DNA of 64,000 bases from Clostridia bacterium (GCA_017448975.1 JAFSKN010000028.1:2035-66034); one strand, 5' to 3'. Positions 1 to 10,257 are shown, numbered from the stretch's first letter. Numbers and translations are program-made. The notes: a model not told the origin generated them from the sequence alone.

Positions 1-231
1 GCAGTTGAAGTTATTCTGAACATTTTGATGGTTATTTCCGCGTTGGTCATGATCGTCACCGTGCTGATGCAGTCCAGCGACAGCGACGGCATGGGCGCCC
101 TGACCGGCGGCAGCGAAACCTTCTTTGGGAAGAATAAGAATAATACTTTGGAAGGAAAGCTGAGCAACGCTACCAAGATTTCTGCCATCGTATTTGTTCT
201 GCTGGCCATCGTGATGCTGATTGTGGCGTAA
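1..231 (+). CDS. secG: preprotein translocase subunit SecG (5' end probably outside window)
   Basis: The frame is open from base 1. Small protein with two hydrophobic segments flanking a Gly/Ser-rich loop (LMQSSDSDGMGALTGGSETFFG). Stop TAA. Confidence 0.6.
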   Translation, partial: AVEVILNILMVISALVMIVTVLMQSSDSDGMGALTGGSETFFGKNKNNTLEGKLSNATKISAIVFVLLAIVMLIVA

Positions 232-312
232 CCCATCGGCATTTGCTGGGAGGACGTTTGGGGCTGGCAACGGTTTGTCAGCCCCTTCTTTGCGTAAAAA
301 GGGAGCCAAATC

Positions 313-2241
313 GTGATTATTCTTTCGATACAGAACCTGCATAAAGCTTTCGGCGGCAACGTGGTGTTAAAGGACGTAAACCTTACGCTTCAGGATCATC
401 AGCGCATGGGCCTGGTGGGCGTGAACGGCTGCGGAAAAACCACGCTGCTCAAAATCCTGGCAGGCCAGGAGCATGAAGACGGCGGCAGCATTTCCCTCAT
501 GAAGGGCATCCGCGTGGGGTATATGGAGCAGCAGTACGCAGTCCAGGGGGACAGCACCGTTTTCGAGGAATTGAAGCGGGTGTTTGACCCCGTGTTCATG
601 CTGGAAGAAAAGCTGCGCGCCCTGGAAGAACAGATGGCCCACGCCAGCGAGGCGGAGCTGAAACGCTTGGGGGAGACCTATACGCGCCTCAGCGACGCCT
701 TTGAAAAGGCGGACGGCTACGCCTGGAAATCCTCCATTCAGGGGGTGCTGGCGGGCCTCGGCTTTCAGAAGGAACAGTACGATCAGCCCGCCCGGCTGCT
801 TTCCGGCGGGGAACTGACCCGCCTGTGCCTTGCAAAGCTGCTTTTGCAGAAGCCCGATTTATTGCTCCTGGACGAACCCACCAACCATTTGGATCTGCAG
901 GCCCTGGACTGGCTGGAGCATTATCTTTCCGATTACCGGGGCACCCTGCTGGTGGTCAGCCACGACCGGTACTTCCTGGATCACGTATGCACCCATATTT
1001 CCGAGCTGCTGCTCGGCACCCTGGAACAGTACGAGGGCAATTATTCCGCGTACATGGGCCAGCGGGCGGAGCGGTTCGAGATCCGCATGCGCGCCTGGGA
1101 GCAGCAGCAGAAAATGATCGCCCGGGAGGAAGCCATCATCGCCCGGTATAAATCCTTCAACCGGGAAAAATCCATCCGGGCGGCGGAAAGCCGGGAAAAG
1201 CGGCTGGAAAAGGTAGAACGATTGGAACGGCCCCAGGACGAGCATCAGGTGCGCTTCCGCTTCCAGGCCAAGCGCCGCACGGGGGACGACGTGCTGTTCA
1301 TCAAGGATTACAGCAAATCCTTCGGCAATCGCACCCTGTTTGAAAACGTGAACCTGCATCTGCGCGCCGGAGACAGGGTGGCGCTGCTGGGCCCTAACGG
1401 CATCGGAAAATCCACCTTATTAAAGTGCTTGGTCGGCGAGGAAGCTCCCGACGGCGGCGTGGTGCGCTGGGGAGCCAACGTGGATACGGGCTATTACGAT
1501 CAGAAGCAGGAAAGCCTGCATCCCAACAAAACCGTGCTGGACGAAGTATGGGACGCTTTCCCGCGCATGGAGCAGAGCGACGTGCGGGGAGCCTTGGGCC
1601 TGTTCCTGTTTACGGGGGAGGATGTCTTCATGCCCATCCATACCCTGTCCGGCGGGGAAAAGGGAAGGGTGGCGCTCACCAAGCTGATGCTGCGGAAGGA
1701 CAATTTCCTGCTCCTGGACGAACCCACCAACCATCTGGACATGGACAGCCGCGAGGTGCTGGAGGACGCGTTGGAAAACTTCGAGGGCACCATTTTGGCC
1801 GTTTCCCATGACCGTTACTTCATCAACCGCTTCGCCTCCAAGGTGGCGGTGCTGTCCGAAAACGGCATAAAAGAATATTTGGGCAACTACGACGATTACC
1901 AGGCCAAGCTGCAATGGGAACTGGCCCAGCAGGGGCAGGATCCCCGCTTTGCGGATATGACCCGCACCGAAGCGGATAAGGAAAAGAAAAAGGTGCGCCT
2001 GGCGAAAGAACAGTTCAAGGCCCTCAAGGATGCGGTGCGCCGTGCGGAACAGGCCATTACCGATACGGAAAACGCCATCGCCGCCCAGGAAGCGCGCATG
2101 GCGCTGCCGGAGGTGTACGCCATTCCTGAAAAAGCCGCCGCCGCCGCGAAAGAGTATCAAAGGCTGAAAGATGCACTTTCTCAGGCATACGCCGATTGGG
2201 AAACGGCGGAAGAAGCGCTGGCGGAAGCGGGGGAGAACTAA
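313..2241 (+). CDS. ABC-F family ATPase (two ABC domains plus coiled-coil C-terminus)
   Basis: Two Walker A sites (GVNGCGKTT, GPNGIGKST), two LSGGE signatures and no TM domain. GTG start after a GGGAG RBS. Confidence 0.9.
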   Translation: MIILSIQNLHKAFGGNVVLKDVNLTLQDHQRMGLVGVNGCGKTTLLKILAGQEHEDGGSISLMKGIRVGYMEQQYAVQGDSTVFEELKRVFDPVFMLEEKLRALEEQMAHASEAELKRLGETYTRLSDAFEKADGYAWKSSIQGVLAGLGFQKEQYDQPARLLSGGELTRLCLAKLLLQKPDLLLLDEPTNHLDLQALDWLEHYLSDYRGTLLVVSHDRYFLDHVCTHISELLLGTLEQYEGNYSAYMGQRAERFEIRMRAWEQQQKMIAREEAIIARYKSFNREKSIRAAESREKRLEKVERLERPQDEHQVRFRFQAKRRTGDDVLFIKDYSKSFGNRTLFENVNLHLRAGDRVALLGPNGIGKSTLLKCLVGEEAPDGGVVRWGANVDTGYYDQKQESLHPNKTVLDEVWDAFPRMEQSDVRGALGLFLFTGEDVFMPIHTLSGGEKGRVALTKLMLRKDNFLLLDEPTNHLDMDSREVLEDALENFEGTILAVSHDRYFINRFASKVAVLSENGIKEYLGNYDDYQAKLQWELAQQGQDPRFADMTRTEADKEKKKVRLAKEQFKALKDAVRRAEQAITDTENAIAAQEARMALPEVYAIPEKAAAAAKEYQRLKDALSQAYADWETAEEALAEAGEN

Positions 2242-2244
2242 AGC

Positions 2245-2808
2245 ATGAAGCTGGAATATGACGGGATTTTGCTGCGGAACGCGGAAGAAAGCGACTGCGC
2301 GCGGCTTGCCGCCTGGTGGAACGACGGGGCGGTGATGGCCCACGCGGGCTTCCCCCTGGGCCTTGGCACCACGCCGGAAAAGATTGCCGCCCAAATCTCC
2401 GCGGACAGCGACGACACCCGCCGCCGTCTGATTTTGGCCTATCAGGAACAGCCCATCGGGGAAATGAGCTTTCGCATTTTGGAAGACGGGTCTGCCGAAA
2501 TCGGCATTAAAATCTGCGACGCCGCTTATCAGGAACGGGGCGTTGGGCGAAAGGCCCTGAGCATGCTCATCGGGGCGCTGTTCCAGAAGGGGTGCGGGAA
2601 GATCATCCTGGACACCAACCTGAACAACACCCGCGCCCAGCACGTGTATGAACTGCTTGGCTTTCAAAAGACAGGGGTGCGCTGTGACGCCTGGACGGAT
2701 CAGGTGGGCCGCCTCCAAAGCGCCGTGGATTATGAACTGACGCCGGAGTATTTCGTGGATTATACGAAGAACGGGGGAAAAGCGCCATGCAGATCATCGA
2801 ACAATTGA
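2245..2808 (+). CDS. GNAT family N-acetyltransferase
   Basis: Acetyl-CoA binding-like motif QERGVGRKAL. Size and layout are typical of GNAT. Confidence 0.7.
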   Translation: MKLEYDGILLRNAEESDCARLAAWWNDGAVMAHAGFPLGLGTTPEKIAAQISADSDDTRRRLILAYQEQPIGEMSFRILEDGSAEIGIKICDAAYQERGVGRKALSMLIGALFQKGCGKIILDTNLNNTRAQHVYELLGFQKTGVRCDAWTDQVGRLQSAVDYELTPEYFVDYTKNGGKAPCRSSNN

Positions 2809-3467
2809 ACGCCCTGCGCGATCCCGCCTACGCGGAATTTCAAAGGAAGCTGATCCCCACCGTCGCGCCGGAAAGCATCCTGGGCGTCCGCACGCCGGAT
2901 TTGCGGAAATTCGCCAAGGAATTGATTCAAACCGGCGAAGCGGAGGCTTTTATCAATCAATTGCCCCACGGGTTTTTTGACGAAAACCAGCTCCACGCCT
3001 TCATCCTGTCGGAGGACAAGGATTTTGAACGGTGCCTTTCCCGGGTGCCCGCCTTTTTGCCCCATGTGGACAATTGGGCCACCTGCGACCAGATGTCGCC
3101 CAAGGTGTTCAAAAAGCACAGGGCGGAACTGCTGCCCGCGATCGAAAACTGGCTGCGTGCGGAGCACGTATATACCGTCCGTTTTGCCGTGGGCATGCTC
3201 ATGGAGCATTTCCTGGACGGGGACTTTGATCCCCGGTATTTAGAATGGGTATCGGCGGTGCGATCCGGGGAATACTACGTGAATATGATGGCAGCCTGGT
3301 ATTTCGCCACGGCCTTAGCCAAGCAGTATGACGCCGCTTTCCCGTATATCCGGGACCGCCGTTTGCCAGTTTGGACTCATAACAAAGCCATCCAGAAGGC
3401 GGCGGAAAGCTTCCGGGTGCCGCCGGAGCATAAGGCGGCGCTGAAAGCCTGCAAGGCCCGCGATTGA
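2787..3467 (+). CDS. DNA alkylation repair protein (AlkD-like HEAT repeat)
   Basis: 226 aa helical-repeat protein that resembles the DNA alkylation repair enzyme family from memory. Overlaps the upstream gene by 22 nt. Confidence 0.6.
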   Translation: MQIIEQLNALRDPAYAEFQRKLIPTVAPESILGVRTPDLRKFAKELIQTGEAEAFINQLPHGFFDENQLHAFILSEDKDFERCLSRVPAFLPHVDNWATCDQMSPKVFKKHRAELLPAIENWLRAEHVYTVRFAVGMLMEHFLDGDFDPRYLEWVSAVRSGEYYVNMMAAWYFATALAKQYDAAFPYIRDRRLPVWTHNKAIQKAAESFRVPPEHKAALKACKARD

Positions 3468-3492
3468 CAAAGAAAAGAAATCAGGTTAGAAT
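3464..3492 (+). promoter_or_regulatory. sigma-70 type promoter (TTGACA-17-TAGAAT)
   Basis: Hexamers read directly, about 40 nt upstream of the VanW-family gene. Confidence 0.55.
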
Positions 3493-3530
3493 CAGAATAC
3501 GGTATGTTTTGAAAGAAAGGGGGGCTGTTC

Positions 3531-5117
3531 ATGCGGCAAAGAAGGGCAGAAAAGCATCAGCATCGGGCGGCGTTTCCCCCGGATAACGAACGGGCGCCCC
3601 TGTACCAAACGGGGCAGGACGCCGGTTATCCCGACTGGGTGGCCCAAAGCGAAGCGTCGGTCCCGACGGGAGGCGGAAGCTGGGCCGCGGGCGGGAAGCC
3701 CAACTGGCAGCGGCATCGGCCGGAATGGACGGTCATCGCGGTGGTATGCGCCGCGCTGCTGCTCCTGCTCTGCGGCGCTGTCGCCTCCCTGTATCAGGCC
3801 TATAAGCCTTTTCAGCAGAAAAAAGCCATTGTGGAGCAGAATACCATCGCCCAGGGCGTGCTGGTGGACGGCGTGCACGTGGGCGGCATGAGCCGCGCGG
3901 ACGCGGCGGCGGCCCTGCAAAAGCAGGAAACGGTGTCCGGGGGCCTGTGGCTCACCGTACAGGTGGACGGGGAAACCTGGGTGATCACCCCCAACGAACT
4001 TCCCCTGGAAAGAAACACCCAGGCGGTGCTGGAAACGGCCTACGCCGTGGGGCGGCAGGGTTCCCGGGAAACCATCGCCTCCGCCCTTACGCCCTTTGAA
4101 TACCGATACCAGCATTTGTATCACACGGTCACGTCCCCCGTACAGCTGCATACCTCCGTCACCTACAGCGCCGAAAAGCTGTGGGAGCTGGTGCGGATCA
4201 TTGAAAACCGGGTCAACCGGGAGGCCGTGGACGCCCAGGTGGCCACCTTTGATTTCACTTCCCGGTCCTTTACCTTTACCGAGGACCGCCAGGGCGCGAA
4301 GCTGGACGCCGACGCCCTGTACCGGAAGATTGCGGACCTGTTGGATCGCCAGCAGTACACGGCCACCGTTTCCATGAATTCTGAGGCTATCATGCCCAGG
4401 GTGACCAAGGCGGAGCTCATGAACACCTTTGTCCGCATCTCCGCCTATACCACCCAAACCACCTCCGACGCCAACCGGAACAACAACATCAATTTGGCCT
4501 GTCAGGCCGTTACCGGCACGGCTGTGATGCCGGGGGAGACCTTTTCCTTCAATCAGACCACAGGCCAGCGTACCCTGGAAAAGGGCTACCGGATGGCCGC
4601 CGCCATCGCCGGGGGCGCCACCGTGGACGAAGTGGGCGGCGGCGTGTGCCAGGTGTCCAGCACCCTGTTCAACGCCGCGGCCATGGCGGACCTGACCATC
4701 GTGAAACGCTCGCCCCACACCTGGCCCAGCAATTACGTGGAAAAGGGCCGGGACGCCACCGTGAACTGGCCCAACCTGGATTTTGTTTTCCGCAATGATA
4801 AGGACACACCCGTTTTTATCGTGGCCTATTACCAGCAGCGGCAATGCACCGTGGAGATTTACGGCGCGTCCTTAGGCGCGGGGCTGAGCATCGAGCTTTC
4901 CACCCAACTGACCTCCCGCACCGACCCGCCCAGCGAGCCGATCTATGAAAACAATCCCCAGCTGGACCCCGGCACCATGCAGGAAAAGAAAAAGGCCCGC
5001 ACCGGCTACGTGGTGGAAACCTACAAGGTGTACAAACAAAACGGCGTGGAAACCCGCTGGGAATGGCTGTGCACCTCCGAATATCCCATGATCCAGCAGG
5101 TCATTGAGTATAATTAA
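3531..5117 (+). CDS. VanW family protein with N-terminal TM anchor
   Basis: VanW-type core (GGGVCQVSSTLFNAA .. HTWPSNYV), an N-terminal TM segment and a G5-like C-terminus. Confidence 0.8.
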   Translation: MRQRRAEKHQHRAAFPPDNERAPLYQTGQDAGYPDWVAQSEASVPTGGGSWAAGGKPNWQRHRPEWTVIAVVCAALLLLLCGAVASLYQAYKPFQQKKAIVEQNTIAQGVLVDGVHVGGMSRADAAAALQKQETVSGGLWLTVQVDGETWVITPNELPLERNTQAVLETAYAVGRQGSRETIASALTPFEYRYQHLYHTVTSPVQLHTSVTYSAEKLWELVRIIENRVNREAVDAQVATFDFTSRSFTFTEDRQGAKLDADALYRKIADLLDRQQYTATVSMNSEAIMPRVTKAELMNTFVRISAYTTQTTSDANRNNNINLACQAVTGTAVMPGETFSFNQTTGQRTLEKGYRMAAAIAGGATVDEVGGGVCQVSSTLFNAAAMADLTIVKRSPHTWPSNYVEKGRDATVNWPNLDFVFRNDKDTPVFIVAYYQQRQCTVEIYGASLGAGLSIELSTQLTSRTDPPSEPIYENNPQLDPGTMQEKKKARTGYVVETYKVYKQNGVETRWEWLCTSEYPMIQQVIEYN

Positions 5118-5239
5118 GCGTTGAGAGCGGAGAGTTGAGCGTGGAGATCATTAAGTTTTCCGCTTTTCCTTATTCAATGTGCGTAAAGCATGAACTATAA
5201 TATCTCAACTCTCAACTCCCAACTCCCAACTCTTCACGC
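5118..5239. repeat. heptad-armed inverted repeat element, copy 1
   Basis: Arms are built of GAGTTGA/GAGTTGG heptads (5118-5148) and their complement (5202-5239). They flank an AT-rich core of about 53 nt. Confidence 0.7.
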
Positions 5240-5268
5240 TTTGCACACACAGAAAGGACACGAATAAG

Positions 5269-5961
5269 ATGCTCAAAGGCGATATTCGCAAACAGGCGAT
5301 CCTGGACACGGCGGAAGCCCTGTTCTTTGAAAAAGGCTACGGCAAGGCCACCATTCAGGATTTTCTGGACGCCCTGGATTGCAGCAAGGGCAGCTTTTAC
5401 CATCATTTTGAATCCAAGCTGCAGGTGCTGACGGAGCTGTGCCGCCAGAAAACGGCGAAAAGCTTTGCGGCCTACCGGGAAAAGCAGTACGAAACGCCCC
5501 TGGAGCAGCTGAACGGGCTGATCTATTACGCCATGCCCTTCCGGGACGGGGAGGAACAGACCGTGGCCCTGCTTTTGCCCCTGGTGGATCTTCCAGACGG
5601 CAAGCTGGTGATGGACGCCGTGCTGGACGCCCAGAAGGAGCAGTTTTTCCCGGAGCTCTGCCAATTGCTGGACATTCTTCGGGAACAGAAAACCGTGTAT
5701 TTCACCCAGGAGCTGCTGCCCGAAATCCTGTGGGACAGCTATACCGCCGTTTACCGCCGCATGATGCGGGAAGCCGACGCCATCCGTCAGGGCGGCGGCA
5801 CCGTCACGGCGGTGCGCCTCATCGAAACGGAACGCTTCCTGTGGGAACGGCTCCTGGACGCGCCCTTTGCCTCCCTGGAACTGATTCGCGCCGACGAAGC
5901 CCTGCGCACCATCTCCCACGCCGTTTTCCGCGTGAAGCAGATGGAAACAGAGGAAAAATAA
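5269..5961 (+). CDS. TetR/AcrR family transcriptional regulator
   Basis: N-terminal HTH (AEALFFEKGYGKATIQDFLDALDCSKGSFYHHFESK). Confidence 0.85.
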   Translation: MLKGDIRKQAILDTAEALFFEKGYGKATIQDFLDALDCSKGSFYHHFESKLQVLTELCRQKTAKSFAAYREKQYETPLEQLNGLIYYAMPFRDGEEQTVALLLPLVDLPDGKLVMDAVLDAQKEQFFPELCQLLDILREQKTVYFTQELLPEILWDSYTAVYRRMMREADAIRQGGGTVTAVRLIETERFLWERLLDAPFASLELIRADEALRTISHAVFRVKQMETEEK

Positions 5962-5967
5962 TTTCTG

Positions 5968-6010
5968 TGGGGAAAACCGCTCTTTGGAGGCCAAAGAGCG
6001 GTTTTCCCCA
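5968..6010. repeat. perfect 20-bp palindrome TGGGGAAAACCGCTCTTTGG/agg/CCAAAGAGCGGTTTTCCCCA (possible terminator)
   Basis: Read directly. The same arm sequence recurs at 8447-8554. Confidence 0.7.
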
Positions 6011-6121
6011 CACCCCTTTCCGAGAAAGCCACAAGGGGGAATATGTTTTTTCATTATTATGGAACAAAATGGAGATCAGCCGCGTTTTATAGATGAAGGT
6101 ATTTTATGGGAGGCGAGAACC

Positions 6122-7564
6122 GTGAAAAAGCGGGGAATGATCTTGCTGCTGATTCTGGCGCTGCTGGCGCTGGCCGCGCCCGCCCAGGCGGGGTGGAATC
6201 CCCTGGACGTGGCAACGGACGGCGTTGGCATTGCCGTATATACTTCCAACTCCGGCGGGAAGCAGGCGGGCGTCCTGTACAATGGGTACAGGGATGAACT
6301 GTCTTTGGAAGATACCAACGGCCTGTATTCCTGCAATCTGACAAGCGAATACGAAGTATGGCTGAACCAGAGCAAAGCGGAAAAAAATCAGCCCAAGGAC
6401 GATAGCATTAGTTGGTATAGCCCGGAGTGGGACGCCCTCATGCCAAGCAATATTTTCTTGGCGGAGGTCGTTCAGCAGGACGCGCCCTTCTACACCACCC
6501 CCGGCCACAAGCATTTATCCGCCAAGCACGCCGCGGGCACCCTGGTGAAGGTGTGCGGGGAGTTCGGGAACGATTATTTCGTCAAGTATGGCGGCTATCA
6601 GCAGACGGGCTTCATGCCCAAATCCGCCCTGCGGAAGGTACAGGACATCACCTATATGCAGGCCAACCGCGATTCCGAGCATTGGGGCCTTTCGGGCGTT
6701 CAGGAAATGACGGTGTACACCGGCGGCACGCCCCTGGCTGTTGGCGGCTCCGCCACGGGGTACAGCGATATGAGCCCTGCCGTGATCGAGGACGGAAAAA
6801 CGGTGACGGTGCTGAAAACGGCGGGGGACTGGGCGCAGCTTCTGGATGGATATTTTGTAGAGGCCCGTTTTCTTTCGCCGGAGGGCGATCACAGCGTCAC
6901 CTACGCCACGGTGAAAACCACCGGCGTGCTGAACCGACTGAACGTGCGTTCCATGGCCAGTACGGACGCCTGGGTGTATGCCAAGCTCTGCTCCGGGGTA
7001 CGGGTGCAGGTGCCCGCCCACACGGAGGATTGGGCTTCCGTATTCGTCACCGGCCCCAGCGGCGGAGAAAGATGGACCGGCAGCGTCCAGATGCAGTACC
7101 TTGTCTTTGGGGATGCTGCAACTCAGGTGAAATCCGGCTCCGTCCGGGTGCGGACGACGCAACCCCTGTACGGAACTTATACATCAACCATGCATACAGA
7201 ACAGAGCAGAGCCGATCAAGTGACTGTGCCAGCAGGAACCGAAATGACTGTCATCGGCGTAAACAACGGCTTTAACATCAATCTGGATGATTACGATTAT
7301 TTCTTATGCGTGCTGGACGACGGCAAAGCAATCACCGTCAGCAACAAAGGCGGTATTTTAGAGCCCCTGGAATCCACAGGCGTCACGGTCAAAACGGCTT
7401 CCAGCGTGCGCATGCGGGAAAAGCCCAGCAAGGAAGCCAAATCATTGCGCACGCTGGAGGCGGGCACCAAGGTGGAGGTGCTGCTCCGGGGCGAGGGGTG
7501 GACCATCGTAAAATACAAGAACCAAACGGGCTATGTCATGAGCCGGTATCTGCAATTCCCCTGA
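6122..7564 (+). CDS. secreted SH3b-domain protein
   Basis: GTG start, signal peptide KKRGMILLLILALLALAAPAQA, and a C-terminal SH3_3-like segment (VRMREKPSKEAKSLRTLEAGTKVEVLLRGEGWTIVKY). Confidence 0.65.
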   Translation: MKKRGMILLLILALLALAAPAQAGWNPLDVATDGVGIAVYTSNSGGKQAGVLYNGYRDELSLEDTNGLYSCNLTSEYEVWLNQSKAEKNQPKDDSISWYSPEWDALMPSNIFLAEVVQQDAPFYTTPGHKHLSAKHAAGTLVKVCGEFGNDYFVKYGGYQQTGFMPKSALRKVQDITYMQANRDSEHWGLSGVQEMTVYTGGTPLAVGGSATGYSDMSPAVIEDGKTVTVLKTAGDWAQLLDGYFVEARFLSPEGDHSVTYATVKTTGVLNRLNVRSMASTDAWVYAKLCSGVRVQVPAHTEDWASVFVTGPSGGERWTGSVQMQYLVFGDAATQVKSGSVRVRTTQPLYGTYTSTMHTEQSRADQVTVPAGTEMTVIGVNNGFNINLDDYDYFLCVLDDGKAITVSNKGGILEPLESTGVTVKTASSVRMREKPSKEAKSLRTLEAGTKVEVLLRGEGWTIVKYKNQTGYVMSRYLQFP

Positions 7565-7649
7565 CCCCTCAGGCGCTTCGCGCCAGCAGGGGAGCCAAAA
7601 AACGCCGCTGTCCGATTGATTCCGGCACAGCGGCGCATTTATTGTTGCT

Positions 7650-8150
7650 TTATGGGTCCACGTATTCCATTCCGGCGGGCAGGGCGGGGCGGCCAAAGAG
7701 GCCGACGTTCTGGGCTTCCCGGCGCTCCCGAAGGGCGCGAAGCCTGTCCGTCCGTTCCCGGACGCGGAGGCCTAAAGTGGATTTGCTCTTGTAATGGGAC
7801 AGAATCACCCGCGTGCCCATGGCGGCGGGCACGGCGGCAAGGGGACCGGCGGCGATCCCGGCCAGCGCGCCCACGCCCATGGCCGCGCCGGTTTTGATCA
7901 TCCGCTGCACGGCGTCGCTGAACCCGGCCTTGCCCGTTTTCCGGCCCATGATCACCTGCACATGTTCGGTCACGGCAATCACGGCGAAGGGGGCGGCGGC
8001 GGTCAGGGCGTCCACCATGCCGATATCGTCCAGCAGGCCCAAATCCACCGCCACGTTATCGGCGTAGGAAAGCCCGGCGGCCACGGTATCCATCAGGGTA
8101 TCCTTTTTGCGCTTTGTATACTTGTTCACCAAATCCCGATAAGCGGGCAT
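7650..8150 (-). CDS. hypothetical protein (Gly/Ala-rich glycine-zipper-like segment)
   Basis: 166-aa ORF with a GGGAGG RBS and a promoter upstream. Confidence 0.5.
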   Translation of the reverse strand: MPAYRDLVNKYTKRKKDTLMDTVAAGLSYADNVAVDLGLLDDIGMVDALTAAAPFAVIAVTEHVQVIMGRKTGKAGFSDAVQRMIKTGAAMGVGALAGIAAGPLAAVPAAMGTRVILSHYKSKSTLGLRVRERTDRLRALRERREAQNVGLFGRPALPAGMEYVDP

Positions 8151-8209
8151 TTCAACACACCTCCCGTGCTGGAATTGAACCAGCCGTCTTTTGATTTCTT
8201 TTCATCCGT

Positions 8210-8237
8210 ATTATACTACAAAAGGGAAAAAACGCAA
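8210..8237 (-). promoter_or_regulatory. sigma-70 type promoter (TTGCGT-16-TATAAT, TG-extended)
   Basis: Read on the minus strand, about 55 nt upstream of the 7650-8150 gene. Confidence 0.5.
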
Positions 8238-8574
8238 GCGTTTCGCCGGGAGGCCCTTTTTGTGACACATTTAAAAAAGCGCGGTAACGAAACCACGCGC
8301 GTCTTTTTTTCCTTTCTTTTGCTGTTTTCTCGGAAGGGGACGAATCGCCGATGACCGCCTGTGGCGGGAATATCATCGGCGGTGAGATCAGCCGAAAGGG
8401 AGCAATCTCTCCATGAAGGAGAGCTGCGACCATTGAGGCTGCGGAAGGGGGAAACCGCTCTTTGGGGCCGAAGCGCCCGGAAAACCTGCCCTTGGGCCGG
8501 TTTTCAGCGGAGGCCGGGCCGGAAGGCCCCGGAAAGCAAAGAGCGGTTTCCCCCACAAATCTTATAATGCTCCG

Positions 8575-9042
8575 TTATTTCAGGGCGTTGATCACGGTAA
8601 CGATGATCCACGCGCCGCAGGCGATGGCCACCAGCCAGGTAGCCTGGCGCAGGATGCCCATGAGGCCCTCGCCTTTTTTGGCTTTCTGTTCCCGCTTATC
8701 CAACTGCTTTTCGGCTTTTTCCAGTCGGGAACGGAGGTCGGAAATCTCCTTGCGAAGCTCGTCGGCGGTCACATCCGCGTCGTGAAAACCGTCCAGCATG
8801 TGCTGCTCCAGCTCGGTCTGCTGGGCGGAGAGCCGGTCGGTCTCCTGGGAAATGCGCTGCTGATCCTCGCTCAATCCCTCGGCCACCAGGGTCATTTCAG
8901 CGGTGAAATTCTCCACCAACTGGCCCACGTCCTGGCCTTTCAGGGGAGAAAGCACCCCGTTCATAAAATCCTTGGCGGACTGAACGATGGTCTTTTTATC
9001 AGCGGGTTCGGGGATCAATTGGTTTTCTTCGGGCTTGTTCAT
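8575..9042 (-). CDS. hypothetical coiled-coil protein with C-terminal TM anchor
   Basis: 155-aa ORF with heptad-like charged repeats and a terminal hydrophobic helix (ATWLVAIACGAWIIVTVINAL). Confidence 0.5.
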   Translation of the reverse strand: MNKPEENQLIPEPADKKTIVQSAKDFMNGVLSPLKGQDVGQLVENFTAEMTLVAEGLSEDQQRISQETDRLSAQQTELEQHMLDGFHDADVTADELRKEISDLRSRLEKAEKQLDKREQKAKKGEGLMGILRQATWLVAIACGAWIIVTVINALK

Positions 9043-9045
9043 CGT

Positions 9046-10257
9046 TTACACCAGGCGGATTCCCTCCGCCGCCTGTTCGGTTTGATAGTGTTCCAGCAGC
9101 TTTTTGATGCGGTTGTAGGGGCTCAGCAGGCTGGACAGGGAACGGTCGTGGTTCAGGGTGGCGATCATATAGGAAATATACTTGCTCATATCCGCTTCCA
9201 CGAACCAGGGCGCGTTGGTCACTTCGGGGCGGCGGTAGGTGAGGTTGGAGGAGATCACCTTGGAAAGAATGCCTTCTTCATAGGCGCGGTTGAAATCATC
9301 CACGCCGTTGGTAAAGAATGCGAAGGTGCAGATGGCGAAAATGCGGTTGGCCCGGCGGGCTTTCAGCTCACGGCACAGGTCTAAGATGCTTTCGCCGGAG
9401 GAGATCATATCGTCCACCACGATCACGTCCTTGCCTTCCACGGAGGAGCCCAAGTATTCGTGGGCCACGATGGGGTTGCGGCCGTTGATGACGGTGGTAT
9501 AGTCCCGGCGCTTGTAGAACATGCCCAAGTCCAGCCCCAGCACGGAGGAATAGAAGATGTTGCGCTGCATGGCTCCTTCGTCAGGGGACACCACCATCAT
9601 GTTTTCCTTATCAATAGCCAGTCCCTTTTCTGTGCGGCACAGGGCTTTGATCATCTGGTAGGTGGGCATCACGTTTTCAAAGCCGATCAGGGGCACCGCG
9701 TTGGCCACGCGGGGATCGTGAGCGTCGAAGGTGATGATGTTGGATACGCCGTAGTCCTGCAATTCCTGCAGTGCCAGGGCGCAGTCTAAGCTTTCCCGGG
9801 AGGAGCGCTTATGCTGGCGGCTTTCGTACAGCATGGGCATGATCACGTTGATGCGCTTGGCCTTGCCGCCGATGGCGGCGATGATGCGCTTCAAATCCTG
9901 GAAATGGTCGTCGGGGGACATGGGCACTTCCATATCGTACATCTTGAAGGTTTTGTTGTAGGCGCAAACGTCCACGATGATGTAGATATCGTATCCGCGC
10001 ACGCTTTCCTTGATCACGCCCTTGCTTTCGCCGGTGCCGAAGCGGGGGCAGTAGGTTTTGATCAGGAAGGAATCCCGGTTCACGCCGGGGAGGGTGTAGA
10101 ATTCCTCGTCCTGCGATTCCTGGAGGGAATTCCATTTCTGCAGCCAGCCGTTCACTTTCCTGCCCATTTCCTCGCAGCCCGCCATGGCGATGATGCCAAG
10201 AGGACCCACGGGAATGCTTTTCAGATCCTTGCCCCACTCTGTCAGAAAGCTGTTCAT
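9046..10257 (-). CDS. prs: ribose-phosphate pyrophosphokinase (long form)
   Basis: PRPP-binding loop DVIVVDDMISSGESI. Start chosen at MNSFLTE behind a GAAGGGG RBS. Confidence 0.7.
   Translation of the reverse strand: MNSFLTEWGKDLKSIPVGPLGIIAMAGCEEMGRKVNGWLQKWNSLQESQDEEFYTLPGVNRDSFLIKTYCPRFGTGESKGVIKESVRGYDIYIIVDVCAYNKTFKMYDMEVPMSPDDHFQDLKRIIAAIGGKAKRINVIMPMLYESRQHKRSSRESLDCALALQELQDYGVSNIITFDAHDPRVANAVPLIGFENVMPTYQMIKALCRTEKGLAIDKENMMVVSPDEGAMQRNIFYSSVLGLDLGMFYKRRDYTTVINGRNPIVAHEYLGSSVEGKDVIVVDDMISSGESILDLCRELKARRANRIFAICTFAFFTNGVDDFNRAYEEGILSKVISSNLTYRRPEVTNAPWFVEADMSKYISYMIATLNHDRSLSSLLSPYNRIKKLLEHYQTEQAAEGIRLV

Noticed and set aside
1420-2718. Long antisense or off-frame ORFs in the track: 1420-2718(-), 3492-4844(-), 14257-15981(+), 19235-20926(-), 24163-25281(-), 25495-26724(-), 29319-29834(-), 52923-54491(+), 56443-57429(+) and 61068-62123(+).
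   Set aside because: These are shadow ORFs typical of high-GC DNA. They have Arg/Gly/Pro/His-rich low-complexity translations and no RBS, and each lies opposite or out of frame to a gene with clear family motifs.
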